Origin: Squalus acanthias
Lineage: Eukaryota
Reading direction: 5' to 3'
Assembly: GCA_030390025.1 (NCBI GenBank)
Contig: CM059433.1
Span: 3,162,001 to 3,226,000, forward strand
DNA: 64,000 bases
The notes under the pieces are model-generated. The model was not told where the DNA came from. It worked only from the letters and a program-made list of their open reading frames with translations, and made no database searches. Below are positions 1-12,260 of this stretch, one piece after another. The position numbers were made by a program, and so were the translations under genes. Each line of letters begins with the position of its first letter. The stretch's first letter is position 1.

Positions 1-587
1 GGGAGATGAATGGTCGTGGCAAAGTAACAATCCTGACAATCACTGAACTCAGTCATCTCATAGATCAGTCATTGATGAAATAAAGTCAGCATATGTGTCA
101 GAGATATTTTTAATTCTGTCACCAGCCATCTGCGAGTTCCCAGTCTTTCCATCTCCAATTGAGAGGAACACAGATGTGTCCGTTATCTCCAGAGCACCCT
201 ATTCTGCATCTGTGAGCTGGACTGTTTGTGGTGGGCCATTTCCAGACCTTTCCCCCTCCCTTGAGCTTTGCATTCTCTTCTACCTTGGGCGAAAAACAGA
301 CGGGTAAGTGAGTGAAGGTCACGCATTCACCAGATGGAGGCAGTACATTCGGCGAGGATGACTATGAGAAAGACGTACATTTAAATAATGCCTTTCACGA
401 CCTCAGTCTTACATGAAGTACTTTTGAAGTGTAGTCACTGTTGTAATGTGGGAAACGCGGCAGCCAATTTACGCACAGCAAGCTCCCCCAAGCAGCAATG
501 TGATCATGACCAGATAATCTGGTTTAGTGATGTTGATTGAGGGATAAATATTGGCCAGGTCACCGGGGAGAACTCCCCTGCTCTTCG

Positions 588-1100
588 ACGGTCTCAATCG
601 GGATCTTGGGTTTATGTCACGATACATGACGTGATCCGGACTCGAGTCATCGTTAGCTTGTTCACAGATGTGATTCCCAGTAAAAAAGTAAAAATTTTCC
701 CAGTAAAAAAGTAAAAATTTTAAAGCTTTTCATTTTACATACAGACGGCAGCTTTTGACACGTTAGAACCCCTGCGACTACACCTCATTGTCTCAGTTGT
801 ATCTTGCTATGTCTTTGATGTGGTACCTTCCTGGCTGACTTAATTAACTTTATCACACCTCGGCAGATAGTCAGGATGATTTAATTTAGTGGTCTGCAAT
901 TGTAAGGTACACATGCTTTGTTTTCTATCTATATATGCTTTGGCGATTCTGTATCTAATTTACTTCACCTGAGGAAGGAGCAATCGATAGCTCCGAAAGC
1001 TTGTGATTTCAAATAAAACTGTTGGACTATAACCTGGTGTTGTGCGACCTCTCAATTTTGTCCACCCCAGTCCAACACCGGCATCTCCGCATCATGTCCG
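588..1100 (+). mobile_element. Penelope-like element pseudo-LTR / non-autonomous copy
   Basis: Insertion flanked by CTTCG (583-587, 1101-1105). Contains a hammerhead motif followed by AAATAAAACTGTTGGACTATAACCTGGTGTTGTG. A second copy lies at 14506-14719. Internal 24-bp tandem duplication near 675-722. Confidence 0.75.
965..1006 (+). ncRNA. Minimal type I hammerhead ribozyme motif (Penelope-type)
   Basis: Stem I TCAC/GTGA; core CTGAGGA(A) 969-976; stem II GGAGC/GCTCC; GAAA 995-998; palindromic AAGCTT in place of stem III; predicted cleavage after CUU at 1002. Confidence 0.7.
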
Positions 1101-1541
1101 CTTCGAAATAGTGCCATGGGATCTTTTACGTCCACCTGAGAGAGCAGACGGGGCCTCGGTTTAACGTCTCATCCGAAAGACGGCACCTCCGACAGTGCAG
1201 CGCTCCCTCAGCACTGCGCTGGAGTGTCAACCGGGATTCTGGTGCTCAAGTCTCTAGAGTGGGACTTGAACCCACAAACCTCTGACTCAGAGTCGAGAGT
1301 GCTATAACTGAGCCATGGCTGACACTATAAGACAGATGCATCACATTGCATAAGGACTGTGGTGAGTGGCAGCGGTGGACGGATACATGGGGAGGTGAGG
1401 AAGTTCATAGAAAGGGAAGGCTGGGTGCTGCAGAAACTGAAGTGGGTGTGAGGCGTGGTGTGATGGAGAACGCTTGGCAAGACAGAGTGAGGGGGGTGTG
1501 GTTTACACCACAGGATGTTGGTGAATCAGCAAATGTATTCC

Positions 1542-1773
1542 CTTTTCCTGACCTGGTTAGGTCATTAAACTGCTTCCTGATCTGCATTCTAGACCGGGGC
1601 ACAACGCTCCTGCTGCTCACCCCCTCAGCCACTTCCCACCTCGCCTTCTTGGTGACAGCAGCAGGTTTCTTCCTCCCGTTGCTGGGGAAAGGTATGTCCC
1701 TCCTGCTCCTGCCTGCGCCCAGCAATAATTCTAGGGCAGCATTATTGAATCTGGGTGCTCTTTGTAAATCCAT
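1542..1773 (-). pseudogene. Harbinger Myb/SANT-like DNA-binding protein, exon 1 (decayed splice donor)
   Basis: Part of ORF 1405..1890; homologous to exon 1 at 25123-25362 (APRF...LFP..GRKKP...W..VA..V...R...Q.RK.F.DL.R.GK). Confidence 0.75.
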
Positions 1774-3325
1774 CCTCACCACCTCCTGGCTTCTCCAAAT
1801 TCCATTTCTGCATTGGCCCTTTAAATAGTGGACTTCAGATCGCTTCATGTGTGAGCGCATCACGCCCACTGAGCTGCTCGGAGACACCAAATCCGGAAGT
1901 CAAAATTTATTGCTTCAATCAAACTGAAAACGGAGAATCCAACCCGCTGACTTTACTTCCGGATTTCGCCCATTCACTCTCGCCTCACCTCAGGAATTCA
2001 GCTCTTCTTTCCATGTTTGGACCAAGGCTGTAATGAGGTCTGGAGCCAAGTGGCCCTGGCGGAACCCAAACTAAGCATCGGTGAGCAGGTTATTGGTGAG
2101 TAAGTGCTGCTTGATAGCACTGTTGATGACACCTTCCATCACTTTGCTGATGATTGAGAGTAGACTGATGGGGCAGTAATTGGCTGGATTGAATTTGTCC
2201 TGCTTTTTGTGTGCAGGACATACCTGGGCAGTTTTCCACATTGTCGGATAGATGCCAGTATTTTAGCTGTACTGCAACAGCTTGGCTAGAGGCGCGGCTA
2301 GTTCTGGAGCACAAGTCTTCAGCACGACAGCCGGGATGTTGTCGGGGCCCACAGCCTTGGCTGTATCCAGTGCGCTCAGCCGTTTCTTGATATCACATGG
2401 AGTGAATCGAATTGGCTGAAGACTGGCTTCTGTGGTGGTGGGGACCTCAGGAGGAGGCCAAGATGGATCATCCACTCGGCACTTCTGGCTGAAGATGATT
2501 GCAAACACTTCAGCCTTGTCTTTTGCACTCACGTGCTGGGCTCTGTCATCATTGAGGATGGGAATATTCCTGGAGCATCCTCCTCCCATTAGTTGTTTAA
2601 TTGTCCATCACCATTCATGACTGGATGTGGTAGGACTGCAAAGCTTTGATCTGATCCGTTGATTGTGGGATTGCTTAGCTTTGTCTATAGCATGCTGCCT
2701 CCACTGTGTAGCATGTAGTCCTGTGTTGCAGCTTCTCCAGGTTGGCACCTCATGTTTAGGTACGCCTGGTGCTGCTCCTGGCATGCTCTTCTACACTCCT
2801 CATGGAACCAGGGTTGGCTCCTGGCTTGACGGTAATGGTAGAGTGAGGGATATGCCGGGCCATGAGTTTACAGATTGTGATGGAATACAATTCTGCTGCA
2901 GCTGATGGCCTGCAGTGCCTCATGGATGCCCAGTTTTGAGCTGCTAGATCTGTTCTGAATCTCTCCCATTTAGCACGGTGGTAGTGCCACACAACACGAT
3001 GGAGGGTGTCCTCAGTGTGAAGACGAGATTTCGTCTCCAAAAGGACTGTACGGTGGCCACTCCGACCAATGCTGTCATGAATCTGCGACAGGTAGATTGG
3101 TGAGGACGAGGTCAAGTAGGTATTTCCTTCGTGTTGGTTCTCTCACCACCTGTCGCAGGCCCAGTCTGGCAGCTATGTCCTTCAGGACTCGGCCAGCTCG
3201 GTCAGTAGTGGTGATATTGAGCTACTCTTGGTGCTGGACATTGAAGTCCCCCACCCAGAGTACATTCTGTGCCCTTGCTCCCCTCAGTGCTTCTTCCAAG
3301 TCGTGTTCAACATGGAGGAGTGCTA

Positions 3326-4287
3326 ATTGGATGAAGGGACCGAGTGTAATGTAGCCAAATTTACTGATGATACAAAGATAGGTGGGAAGGTTGTGAAGAG
3401 AACACAAGGAATCTGCAAAGGGATATAGACAGGCTAAGTGAGTGGGCAAACATTTGGGAGATGGAGTATAATGTGGGAAAGTGTGAGGTTATCCACTTTG
3501 GTAAGAAAAAGAAAAAAACAAATTATTATTTAAATGGAGCTAGATTACAAAATGCTGCAGTACAGAGGGATCTGTGGTCCTTGTGCATGAAACACAAAAA
3601 GTTAGCATGCAGGTGCAGCAAGTAATCAGGAAGGCAAATGGAATGTTGGCCTTTATTTCAAAGGGGTTGGAGTATAAAAGCAGGGAAGTCCTGTTACAAC
3701 TGTACAGGGCATTGGTGAGACCACACCTTGAGTACTGTGTACAGTTTTGGTCTCCTTATTTAAGGAAGGATATACTTGCATTGGAGGCAGTTCAGAGAAG
3801 GTTCACACGGTTGATTCTTGAGATGAGGGGGTTGACTTATGAAGAAAGGTTGAGCAGGTTGGGCCTATACTTATTGGAGTTTAGAAGAATGAGAGGTGAT
3901 CTTATTGAAACATATAAGATACTGAGGGGGCTCGACGGGGTAGATGCAGAGAGGATGTTTCCCCTCGTGGGGAAATCTAGAACTCGGAGGCATAGTTTCA
4001 GAATAAGGGGTCACCCATTTAAAACAGATGAGGAGGAATTTCTTCTCTCAGAGGGTCGTAAATCTATCGAATTCTCTGCCCCAGAGAGCTGCGGAGGCTG
4101 GGTCATTGAATATATTTAAGGTGGCGATAGACAGATTTTTGAACAATAAGGGAGTGACGGGTTATGGGGACCGGGCAGGGAAATGGAGCTGAGCCCAAGA
4201 TCAGATCAGCCATGATCTCATTAAATGGCGGAGCAGGCTCGAGGGCCCAAATGGCCTGCTCCTGCTCCTATCTCTTAGGTTCTTATT
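3326..4287 (+). mobile_element. CR1 LINE, 5'-truncated, nested in the family B LINE
   Basis: ORF 3574..4119 (LYRALVRPHLEYCVQFWSP, RRMRGDLIETYKI) plus the CR1 3' UTR. Confidence 0.92.
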
Positions 4288-4659
4288 TCATCAGCTGAGG
4301 GAGTGTGATTTCCTTGCCCGTGCTTGACCTGAAGCCATGAGACCTCATGTGGTCCAGAGTCAATGTTGAGGACTCCCAGGGCCACTCCTTCCCGACTGTA
4401 TACCACTGTGCTGCCATCTCTGGTGGGTCTGTCCTGCCGGTGGGACAGAACATACCCAGGGATGGTGATGAAGGAGTCTGGGTTGAAAGTTATTCTTCTG
4501 TGAGTATGACTATGTCAGGCTGTTGCTTGACTAGTCTGTAGGACAGCTCTCCCAATTTTGGCACAAGTCCCCAGATGTTAGTTTGCTGGGTTGATTGGGT
4601 TGGGTGTGTCGTTGTCGTGTGGTCTGTCCGGTTTTATTCTTATTATTGTTTTTCGTAGC

Positions 4660-4970
4660 AGTTATGTACAACTGAGTGGCTTGTTAGGTCATTTCAGAGG
4701 ACAGTTAAGAGTCAACCACATAACGGCCAGACCGGGTAAGGACGGCAGATTTCCTTCCCTAAAGGGCATTAGTGAACCAGATGGGTTTTTACGACAATCC
4801 GATAGTTTCATGGTCACCATTACTGATACTAGCTTTTTGTTCCAGATTTATTTAATTAACTGAATTTAAATTCCCCAGCTGCCGTGGTGAGATTTGAACT
4901 CACGTCAACTGGATCATTAGTCCAGGCCTGCTGGATTACCAGTAAGCTAACCACTATGCTACCGTTCCCG
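4660..4970 (-). promoter_or_regulatory. tRNA-derived SINE-like head with Pol III A and B boxes at the LINE 5' end
   Basis: Minus strand: A box TAGCATAGTGG (4951-4961), B box GTTCAAATC (4891-4899). A diverged second copy lies at 38880-39250. Confidence 0.7.
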
Positions 4971-5616
4971 TAGCCTGCTACCAAGATCAGCAACTGTGAT
5001 GTCAGGTCTCCTGTAGGCTTCACATCAGTGTGTGTGTTTTCTGTGAGTATAAATTCCTCTAATATATTTAGAAGCGTAAACCCCAGCATCTCAGACTCTC
5101 ATTCCTGGCACAGAGACAGCAGCTCCACACTTTTCATCACTGCCAGTGGCTGTCAAAGTCAATGTGTCCCATAATTTTCATACATTAAGCACCTTCCAGG
5201 CTAGTACTAGAAAAATGCAGTGTCAGCCATGGATATATTGAGAAGGTCATGAGCACAGAATTTAATTCTACTCCTTCACTATAGTAGACGACTGATTTGT
5301 AAGTCAAAACCACAAGGCCAATTCCACACCCTTGCCCTGCCAAAAGGGAGCAGCACTCACAAGGGGTGCATTGCGGGAAATTATGGGGCATGGTTTTCCA
5401 TCCATTCGTTTTAATGCACAAAAGTCATGGGCTCTGTGTGCCCACAATTTACCATGATGCGCTCCCTGTTCCCCACTGAAGGTACGGCAGATTGGAGCGA
5501 GCTCTTATATATTCTGACTGATCTGTGAAATCATACTGTGCAGTGTATTGTAATGTTCTCTCCTGTACCCAGTCAGTGGCAATGATAGTGACAGGGTTCT
5601 GCAGTGACAGCCAACT

Positions 5617-6081
5617 GACCCAGAAATGCGAGGGTATACATATCAGGAAAGGATGAACAGGCTCTTGAAAAAAGAAGGCTGAGGGGTGACCTAATAGAGA
5701 TCTATAAAATTATGAAAGGTTTTGATAGAGTGGATACAGAGAGAGAGAATGTTTCCACTTATGGGGAAGAGCATAACTAGAGGCTATCAATATAAGATAG
5801 TCACCAAGAAATCCAATAGGGAATTCAGAAGAAACTTCTTTACCCAAAGAGTGGTGAGAATGTGGAACTCGCTACCACAGGGAGTGGTTGAAGCGAATAG
5901 TATGGATGCATTTAAGGGGAGGCTGGACAAGCATATGTGGGAGAAGGGAATAGAGGGTTACGCTGATAGAGTTAGATGAGGAAAGACGGGAGGAGGCTCG
6001 AGTGGAGCATAAACACCGGCATGGACTGGTTGGGCTGAATGGCCTGTTTCTGTGCCGTATATCCTATGTAATCCTATGTAA
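5617..6081 (+). mobile_element. CR1 LINE 3' fragment
   Basis: RRNFFTQRVVRMWNSLP motif and (ATCCTATGTA)2 tail. Confidence 0.9.
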
Positions 6082-6363
6082 CAAAGAATCCTCAATGTTT
6101 TTTGTCCCCATAGATTCTAGAATGTTCATGTTCTTGTATATTTTGCTCTATTCACTAATTTTAGTAGAAATATTGATGTAAAATGATGACCTTAGTAAGT
6201 AGTTTTCCATTGAAATTAATCAACAGAAGAAAATATTTTCATAGATGTTGTGCACAGCTATTGCCATTCAGTGTAAAACATCTTGCATTCCCATGCATTT
6301 TCTGCTGAGATCAAACCTCTTTCTCAACACTGTTTAGTTATGCTGACTTGAATAAAACATTGC

Positions 6364-6514
6364 GGGTAATCTTGGCATTGGGTGATAGTGTTACACGGGT
6401 GATAGCAAATCAGCCGCCCATTATGCATGTCACCCAAAATCGGGAGAGATGTATAATGGGCGGCTGATCCAATATCGCCCGTTTTACACTATTGCCCAAC
6501 ACCGCAATCACCCC
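6364..6514. mobile_element. Short palindromic MITE (GGG...CCC ends, Harbinger/Tourist-like)
   Basis: Imperfect fold-back over about 150 bp, e.g. ATCAGCCGCCCATTAT / ATAATGGGCGGCTGAT. Confidence 0.6.
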
Positions 6515-6907
6515 ACACATGGGCAGCACTCACCTTGTTTAATGCCACCTTCACTATCTCTATTAGGATGAATTCATGCTACGCAATACTAGCACACTAA
6601 CATACTTGCACCACTTAAAATCAAGTGGACTATTTTAATTGTTCAATTTTGTTTATTTAATAGAATTAAAAAAAAAATTCTGTTTATTATCATGCCCACA
6701 AACATAAAGCAGGGTAGAGGCCTATTGGTTATTCAGTCAGTCCATAAATATTGGATTAAAACAATTCTTCTAACATGCAAACCCTAGCCAAGCTTCAATT
6801 TGTGATAAACCAAATTAATCAGTACAGGATTAGACAAAACTAGAAGAAGAATAGTGAGTGAATTCATGTGAGTAAAACTCAAATAAAGTTAATAACAAAG
6901 AAAGGGA

Positions 6908-7234
6908 ATAACAACAACAACAACAACTTGTATTTGTATAGCACCTTTAATGTAGTAAAACGTCCCAAGGCGCTGCACAGGAGTATTTTAGGACAAAAAA
7001 ATTTGACACCGATCCACATAAGGATAAATTTGGGCAGGTGACCAAAAGCTTGGTCAAAGATGTCGGTTTTAAGGAGCGTCTTAAAGGAGGAAAGAGAGGT
7101 AGCGAGGTGGACCAGTTTAGGCAGGGAATTCCAGAGCTTAGGGCCTAGGCAACAGAAGGCACGGCCACCAAAGGTTGAGCGATTATAATCAGGGATGCTC
7201 AAGAGGGCAGAATTAGAGGAGCGCAGATATCTCG
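6908..7234 (-). mobile_element. L2 LINE 3' fragment
   Basis: GGRAF...GPKLWNSLP...FKTLLKT motif; (TTG)n tail; near-identical to 36635-36957. Confidence 0.88.
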
Positions 7235-8486
7235 GTAAGTGCCAATGAAAATCTGGAATTTGAGTTCTAAAGAGTTAAACAATAGGTTTTAAAGTATATT
7301 CCCTCCTCATTGTTGGCAAAAATGAGCCATCCTACAGGAATGAGCATGTCGAGTCTTTCCTTGAATAGAGGAGTGCATTCAATAGCTGCTTAGCATGTTA
7401 AAGATTATACTGGAAAAAATGCGCACATTTTGGCTAATTGACATTTTTGACGATGATTTTGTTAGAAAATGATCTTAAAAATCACTTAATCAGATTTTTG
7501 TTCATTACCAAGATTTGCTGTTTTTGTAAATCATACCATTTTGAATTATTTCATTGACATACAAACATGCATTATTTTTTGTCACACAAAACTGTATTTG
7601 ACCTCTGGGTGTTTAATACTTTCGCAGATGTGCTTAACGGCTTCACTTTCCATCAAAGAGCTATCTTTGCAGAAAATGACCACAATGACTCAGCTAATTG
7701 TATTCCAAAGCAAATCATACAAAATCAACTCACATTTAAAAGAGCAATAACTCTTCAAAATGGCACAAAATTTAATTGCTTGATTAAACTTCCTTTGATG
7801 TTGCCATGGGAATCATTGTTGCAGGCCCACTAGTTCTCATTACTTAGACATGTGTCGCACGATTTCAAGAAATGTAATACCGTCTCTTGACAATTTATTT
7901 CTGCTCCATTTTACCAACTAAAATGCATTTATTATTGAAATGAGATATTCAGACAAGAGATGAGCCATGGTCTGAAGAGACTTTTCCATAACGTACGCTG
8001 TCCTGTTTTATTATATCCTACCTATGTTTTTTGAAGTTTCAAATTTATTAACACAAGTCCTTTAAAATTCTACTACAGTTTCTTCTGAAAAACTTGTAAT
8101 CGCCCAATCGCTTGAGATAATTCTCTGTCCGTACATTTGCTAGTTCAGTGAGAAGACCTCTGTATTTTGTTACTTATATTTAGCTAATAAGGATTCATTT
8201 AAAAGCTGTAAAAAAAAAAAGTTTCCACAGTTATTCTCTTAACTGGCATTTCCAATCCGCTGCAAAATATCATGGGGTTGAATTTCCAAAGTGTTTTTTT
8301 CGATCGTTCATCGTCACTTTGCCGGGAGAGTTATTCTGCCATTTTTCCAGGGTATCCGCAGCTCTTGCACCAAACTTATGATGGGCAAGCGGGAGAATCT
8401 CTGTGGAAATTCACCTGCCATGACTTTAAAGACTTCTAAGGTAGTGCATTTCCACTGCCATTGTTGTAGTACAATTTGGAAGAGAT

Positions 8487-8800
8487 TGATAGAATTACAT
8501 AGAATATACGGCACAGAAAGAAGCCATTCGGCCCAACCAGTCCATGCCGGCGTTATTGCTCCTCCCATCTTTCCTCATCTAAATCTATCAGCAAACCCTC
8601 TATTCCCTTCTTCCTCATGTGCTTATCTAGCTTCCCCTTAAATGTATCTATACTATTCGCTTCAACCACTCCCTGTGGTAACGAGTTCCACATTCTCACC
8701 ACTCTCTGGGTAAAGAAGTTTCTTCTGAATTCAATATTTGATTTCTTGGTGACTATCTTATATTGATGGCCTCTAGTTTGCTCTTCCCCACAAGTGAAAA
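8487..8800 (-). mobile_element. CR1 LINE 3' fragment
   Basis: ORF 8553..8831 with RRNFFTQRVVRMWNSLP; same subfamily as 5617-6081. Confidence 0.88.
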
Positions 8801-8804
8801 CACT

Positions 8805-9622
8805 GGGGTGAATTTTAACGCCAAAAAACATGTGGCTTTGAGTCTGGCAAGAAGTTAAAGGGGGAAAAATTCAGTAGCTTAGCGCCTCCCATTAGCACCT
8901 GCAGAGGGCGGTAATGGGGCGTTGATGCAGTAGTGCCGGGGCGAAGCGAATCCAGTGCCACACGGCAAATCCGACCCCCCCGTTGCGCCGCCGGTCCAAG
9001 GTACCGCCGGGGACTTTAACGCCAGGCAGATTGTGACATCAGTGAGTGTGCAACACTCACTGGGCACCTGATCTGGAAAATTCATTGTTGTCGCCATTTA
9101 CCTTTGCGCCTCAACCAGACAGTTACAGGGAGAGCTGGCGCACAGCTGCAGGAAGCCGGCTCCAGTGACGTTATTTGAAGGCATCAGCATTAATCACTCG
9201 CAGCTGTCGGGGCAGGTTAGTTTCAGAAGTTTCTTGTCAGTTTCACCCAGTGGATCAGCTTGTATGAGTAATTTCAAGCTTTTTTATCAGCAGTCTTCTG
9301 GCAAGTGCAAAATAGCTACATTTATTGTTCAAAGATTCAAATTTCTACACTTGGCAACATTAATGGGGGTGGTACTGGTCACCTCGCCCTCCAGGATCTA
9401 TGGTGGAGGGAGCGTCGGCAGCCAGAAATATGGGAACATGTGCGCAGTGGGATGAGGAGGGACATCAGGGCTCTCACCAGGAGGCCTTACCCTCCGAGGG
9501 TATTCTGACAGCACCTCTCCTACCTTCAATTAAGCGAGGAGCAGTGTATTAGACGGCTCGCATCACCAAGGTGGTGATCAGAGAACTCTGCCACCTCCTC
9601 CAAACAGACCTCCAGCCTCCTA
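8805..9622 (+). mobile_element. Harbinger fragment: left TIR and N-terminus of transposase
   Basis: Terminus GGGGTGAATTTTAAC; decayed peptide RRPYPPRVF*QHLSYLQLSEEQCIRRL...ELCHLLQTDLQP, homologous to 33520-33670. Confidence 0.7.
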
Positions 9623-9859
9623 CCTGACTTCGTCCATTTCCTTATCCTTCCCCTATTCATAACACAGGAAGAGAGGGATTCCCTTTAGGAAATCTATTTC
9701 CCCCGTGCAAAATATAAATTTGTCCAGTGCTCATTTTAATGTCAGGAGAAATTTTGTTTGACGCTTCCTAGCACAAAGTAACAAAAATCCCTGCACTGGG
9801 AAAGCTAAAGAAAGATAAAGCAAGTTCAGCAAAAGATGGCTTTCTGAATGTGATATCTT

Positions 9860-12260
9860 CCACCCATCCCTCTCTCTCTATCTACATTATCACATCCCCA
9901 TCTCACTAGCCACCCCTCACACTCAGCCTCATCCTAATGCAATCATACCAACTAACAACACACAAGGAGGCCACTTGGCATTGCCACCCCACTCCATCAT
10001 AGTCTCCCTCTAAAGATGTAACCCATCCATTCCTTACACTCATTCCATCACTCTCACTCAACCTTCTCTTCTTTCCCTGCTTGCAGGAGAAGAGGGCCCA
10101 CAATGAGAGGGAGAGGGAGAGAACTGGAGGTGGGCCCCCATCTTTTGCGACCCTCACAACAACAGAGGAGACTGCGTTGGAAGTCTTGGGAGTGGCCGAG
10201 CAGCTGGAGGTGGGAGACAGAGAGAGGGGGACATCTCAACAACCTGGTGACAGAATTACATATCATACAGTCACATGGCATACATCGGTCACTCATATGG
10301 AGACTGATGTCATCAGTCACTGGTCATCATGTGCATAATGGTATGTGCACACATTCTTCATATGGCATATCTAACTTATCTCTTTACTCTCCCACAGGTC
10401 CATCAAGAGTGTTGTCACCGGGTCCGTCACAACTCACAAGTGAGCAAGACCAGATGGTGGAGACAGGGACAGCAGTGGAGAGTCCTCGCCGGAGGGCGCA
10501 GGATGCTCCTAGCTCTGCTCAGCTGCATGCAGATACTGAGCCTCAAGGGCCATCCAGAAAGAGGGCGATCCTGAAGGTGCAGGAAGAAGTGCAGGGGACT
10601 CTGGCAGGGTTTGCAAACGCGATGTCTGCAAATGTTCAGAGAATGGAGGAGTCCATCTCCAACATGAGCACCACTGTGTCACAGATGATGACAACTGTAG
10701 GCTCCTCCATGGATAGGATGGCCACCTACATGGAGCAGATAATGCGCCACTCACAGGAGCACATGCTATCCATGGAGAATAGATGGCTATCTATGGAGGA
10801 TAGATGGCAGAGGCTCATAGATCTCCTGTCTAGGAGGGATGTCAGCGTAGTCATGGGTCCTCATGGCCCCACTGATGTGCAGCAAGGTGCTCTCCAGCTC
10901 CTTGCTAGCAGGGAAGTGCCCATGAGAGAGATGATGGTGAGAGGGAAGTGTGGTCTCCTCTCAAAGCGCTTACACTTCTCCCCCGTTGCCACCCCTCAGT
11001 CGGACCCCAAGATGGTTCCTCGGATCGTGATGGCTGAGTCTGCCCCTGCACAGTCGCAGGAGGAGCAGACTTTGGCGGGGCCAGCAGAGGCTCCAAAACC
11101 CAGAGGACATCTGCCAAGGGTGTCTACACAGTCGCAGCAGGGAAGTGAGCAGGCTGCCTCTACCTCTGCTGAAGCCACAGGGGTAGCACCTCGAAGAAGC
11201 ACGCGGAAGAGAAAGATGACACACAAGTAGAGTCACAAAGGTAGCCACTTGGGTGTTTTATTCAATGTTAATGGCAAGTTTCCGTTAATGTATTGTCAAC
11301 CATAAAAATCTTTAATTTCACCACTCTCTGGTCTTGGACAGATTTGTGTGCACCTTTTGGAAGTGGCTTAGTGAGTTGTAGTGAATGGTGAGACATAACG
11401 GTACCTCCAGCAATGGTGGTCAGTGTGAAAGGAATGGCTTGGTCATTGAAGGGATCCTTTATGGTGTTGCTGTGAGGTGGTGCCAACCTGGCACATCATG
11501 TGGCAGCCATATGGGTGTACAGCGTAAAGTTAAGTAAATCTGGCCATGGTGAGGCCATCCCTGGCCTCCCAGGCAGCAATGTGCTCAGGTTCTGATGCCC
11601 TGTGTCCTGTGCAGCACCAGGTGATTGTGGAGAAGGTTGGTGGTGTTGTTGGTGGTGCTGCTGGTGTTGCGGCTCATCATAGTCAGATTCTGAGGACCAA
11701 GGTGAGACAGTATAAACGGCACCCATGCTGATGGAATAGGTGGCAGGTCAAGTAGAGTTGACAGAAGCAATCTGTCAGTGGTGAGAGAGGTTCTTCCAAT
11801 GAGGTGACACTGGATGTTGACTTTGCTGGAAACACCTGCAGCCTGCAGAAAGTTAAATCTGTGCTGGCAATGTAGTCAGCAACAGCTTCTGCCTGAGGAA
11901 CATGATCTCAGTCAGGTTGGAGCTTTTACTGTACATTTGATGCTGTCAAGTAATCAGCCGGAGCAATGGCCACTCAACTCCTGGCTCAGGTTGACAGACG
12001 TGGTTCCCGAGCTGCGTGAATCCTGTGGCCATGCAGGGAAATTTGAAATGTAGGGGGTAAAAGGCTCTTCAGTGTCTGACAACAAGCTGATAATGATTTC
12101 AATTGGGTCGCCCGCCTCTGCCTGTCGGGTCGCCGTCGCACCGGTAAACGTGCCTGAGGGAAAGGCGGGTGGGGGGCGGGATGACGGCGGGTTCCCGACC
12201 CGCTCCGACTTTTTTCAAACGTCCCACCCGCCCCGCCCCCGATCGCGCCCGCACGGACCC
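9860..12260 (+). mobile_element. Harbinger derivative keeping Myb-gene exons 2-3 with an internally deleted transposase; left part missing
   Basis: Collinear with 24843-27833. Minus-strand remnant at 11530-11726 (MGAVYTVSPWSSESDYDEPQ... fused to the transposase 3' end); GC-rich subterminal region at 12100-12260. Confidence 0.82.
10087..11230 (+). pseudogene. Harbinger Myb/SANT accessory gene, exons 2 (10087-10246) and 3 (10398-11230); exon 1 absent
   Basis: TTGCAG acceptor; 160-nt exon EKRAHNERERERTGGGPP; G|GTGACAG donor; CCCACAG acceptor; spliced frame open to the basic C-terminus RRSTRKRKMTHK. Confidence 0.75.

Larger units (their letters stand above)
367..1325 (-). mobile_element. tRNA-derived DeuSINE (SacSINE1-like), split by a Penelope-like insertion
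   Basis: Pieces 367-587 and 1101-1325 align to the full-length copies at 24278-24755 and 60501-60973; tRNA head with A/B boxes at the right end. Confidence 0.88.
1..2004 (-). mobile_element. PIF/Harbinger DNA transposon, Myb/SANT-gene end (continues beyond window start); interrupted by a SINE
   Basis: Minus-strand Myb/SANT-like peptide (MDLQRAPRFNNAALELL...WEVAEGVSS...QIRKQFNDLTRSGK). 1-290 is clearly homologous to 18674-18950 of another Harbinger. Degenerate terminus near 2000. Confidence 0.8.
2005..4970 (-). mobile_element. Non-LTR retrotransposon 'family B' (CR1/L2 group, APE-RT), 5' part with tRNA-derived head; interrupted by CR1
   Basis: Minus-strand APE motifs (NIWGL...DIVILTE; LWVGDFNV) and RT-proximal motifs (KAVGPDNIPAVVLKTCAPELA; QFGFR); frameshifted. 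Confidence 0.85.

Noticed and set aside
1..290. Segmental duplication with 18674-18950
   Set aside because: The similarity is confined to Harbinger sequence and the flanks differ.
10103..10397. N-terminal part of the 375-aa ORF
   Set aside because: It reads exon 2 in the wrong frame and passes through an intron; only 10398-11230 is homologous coding sequence.
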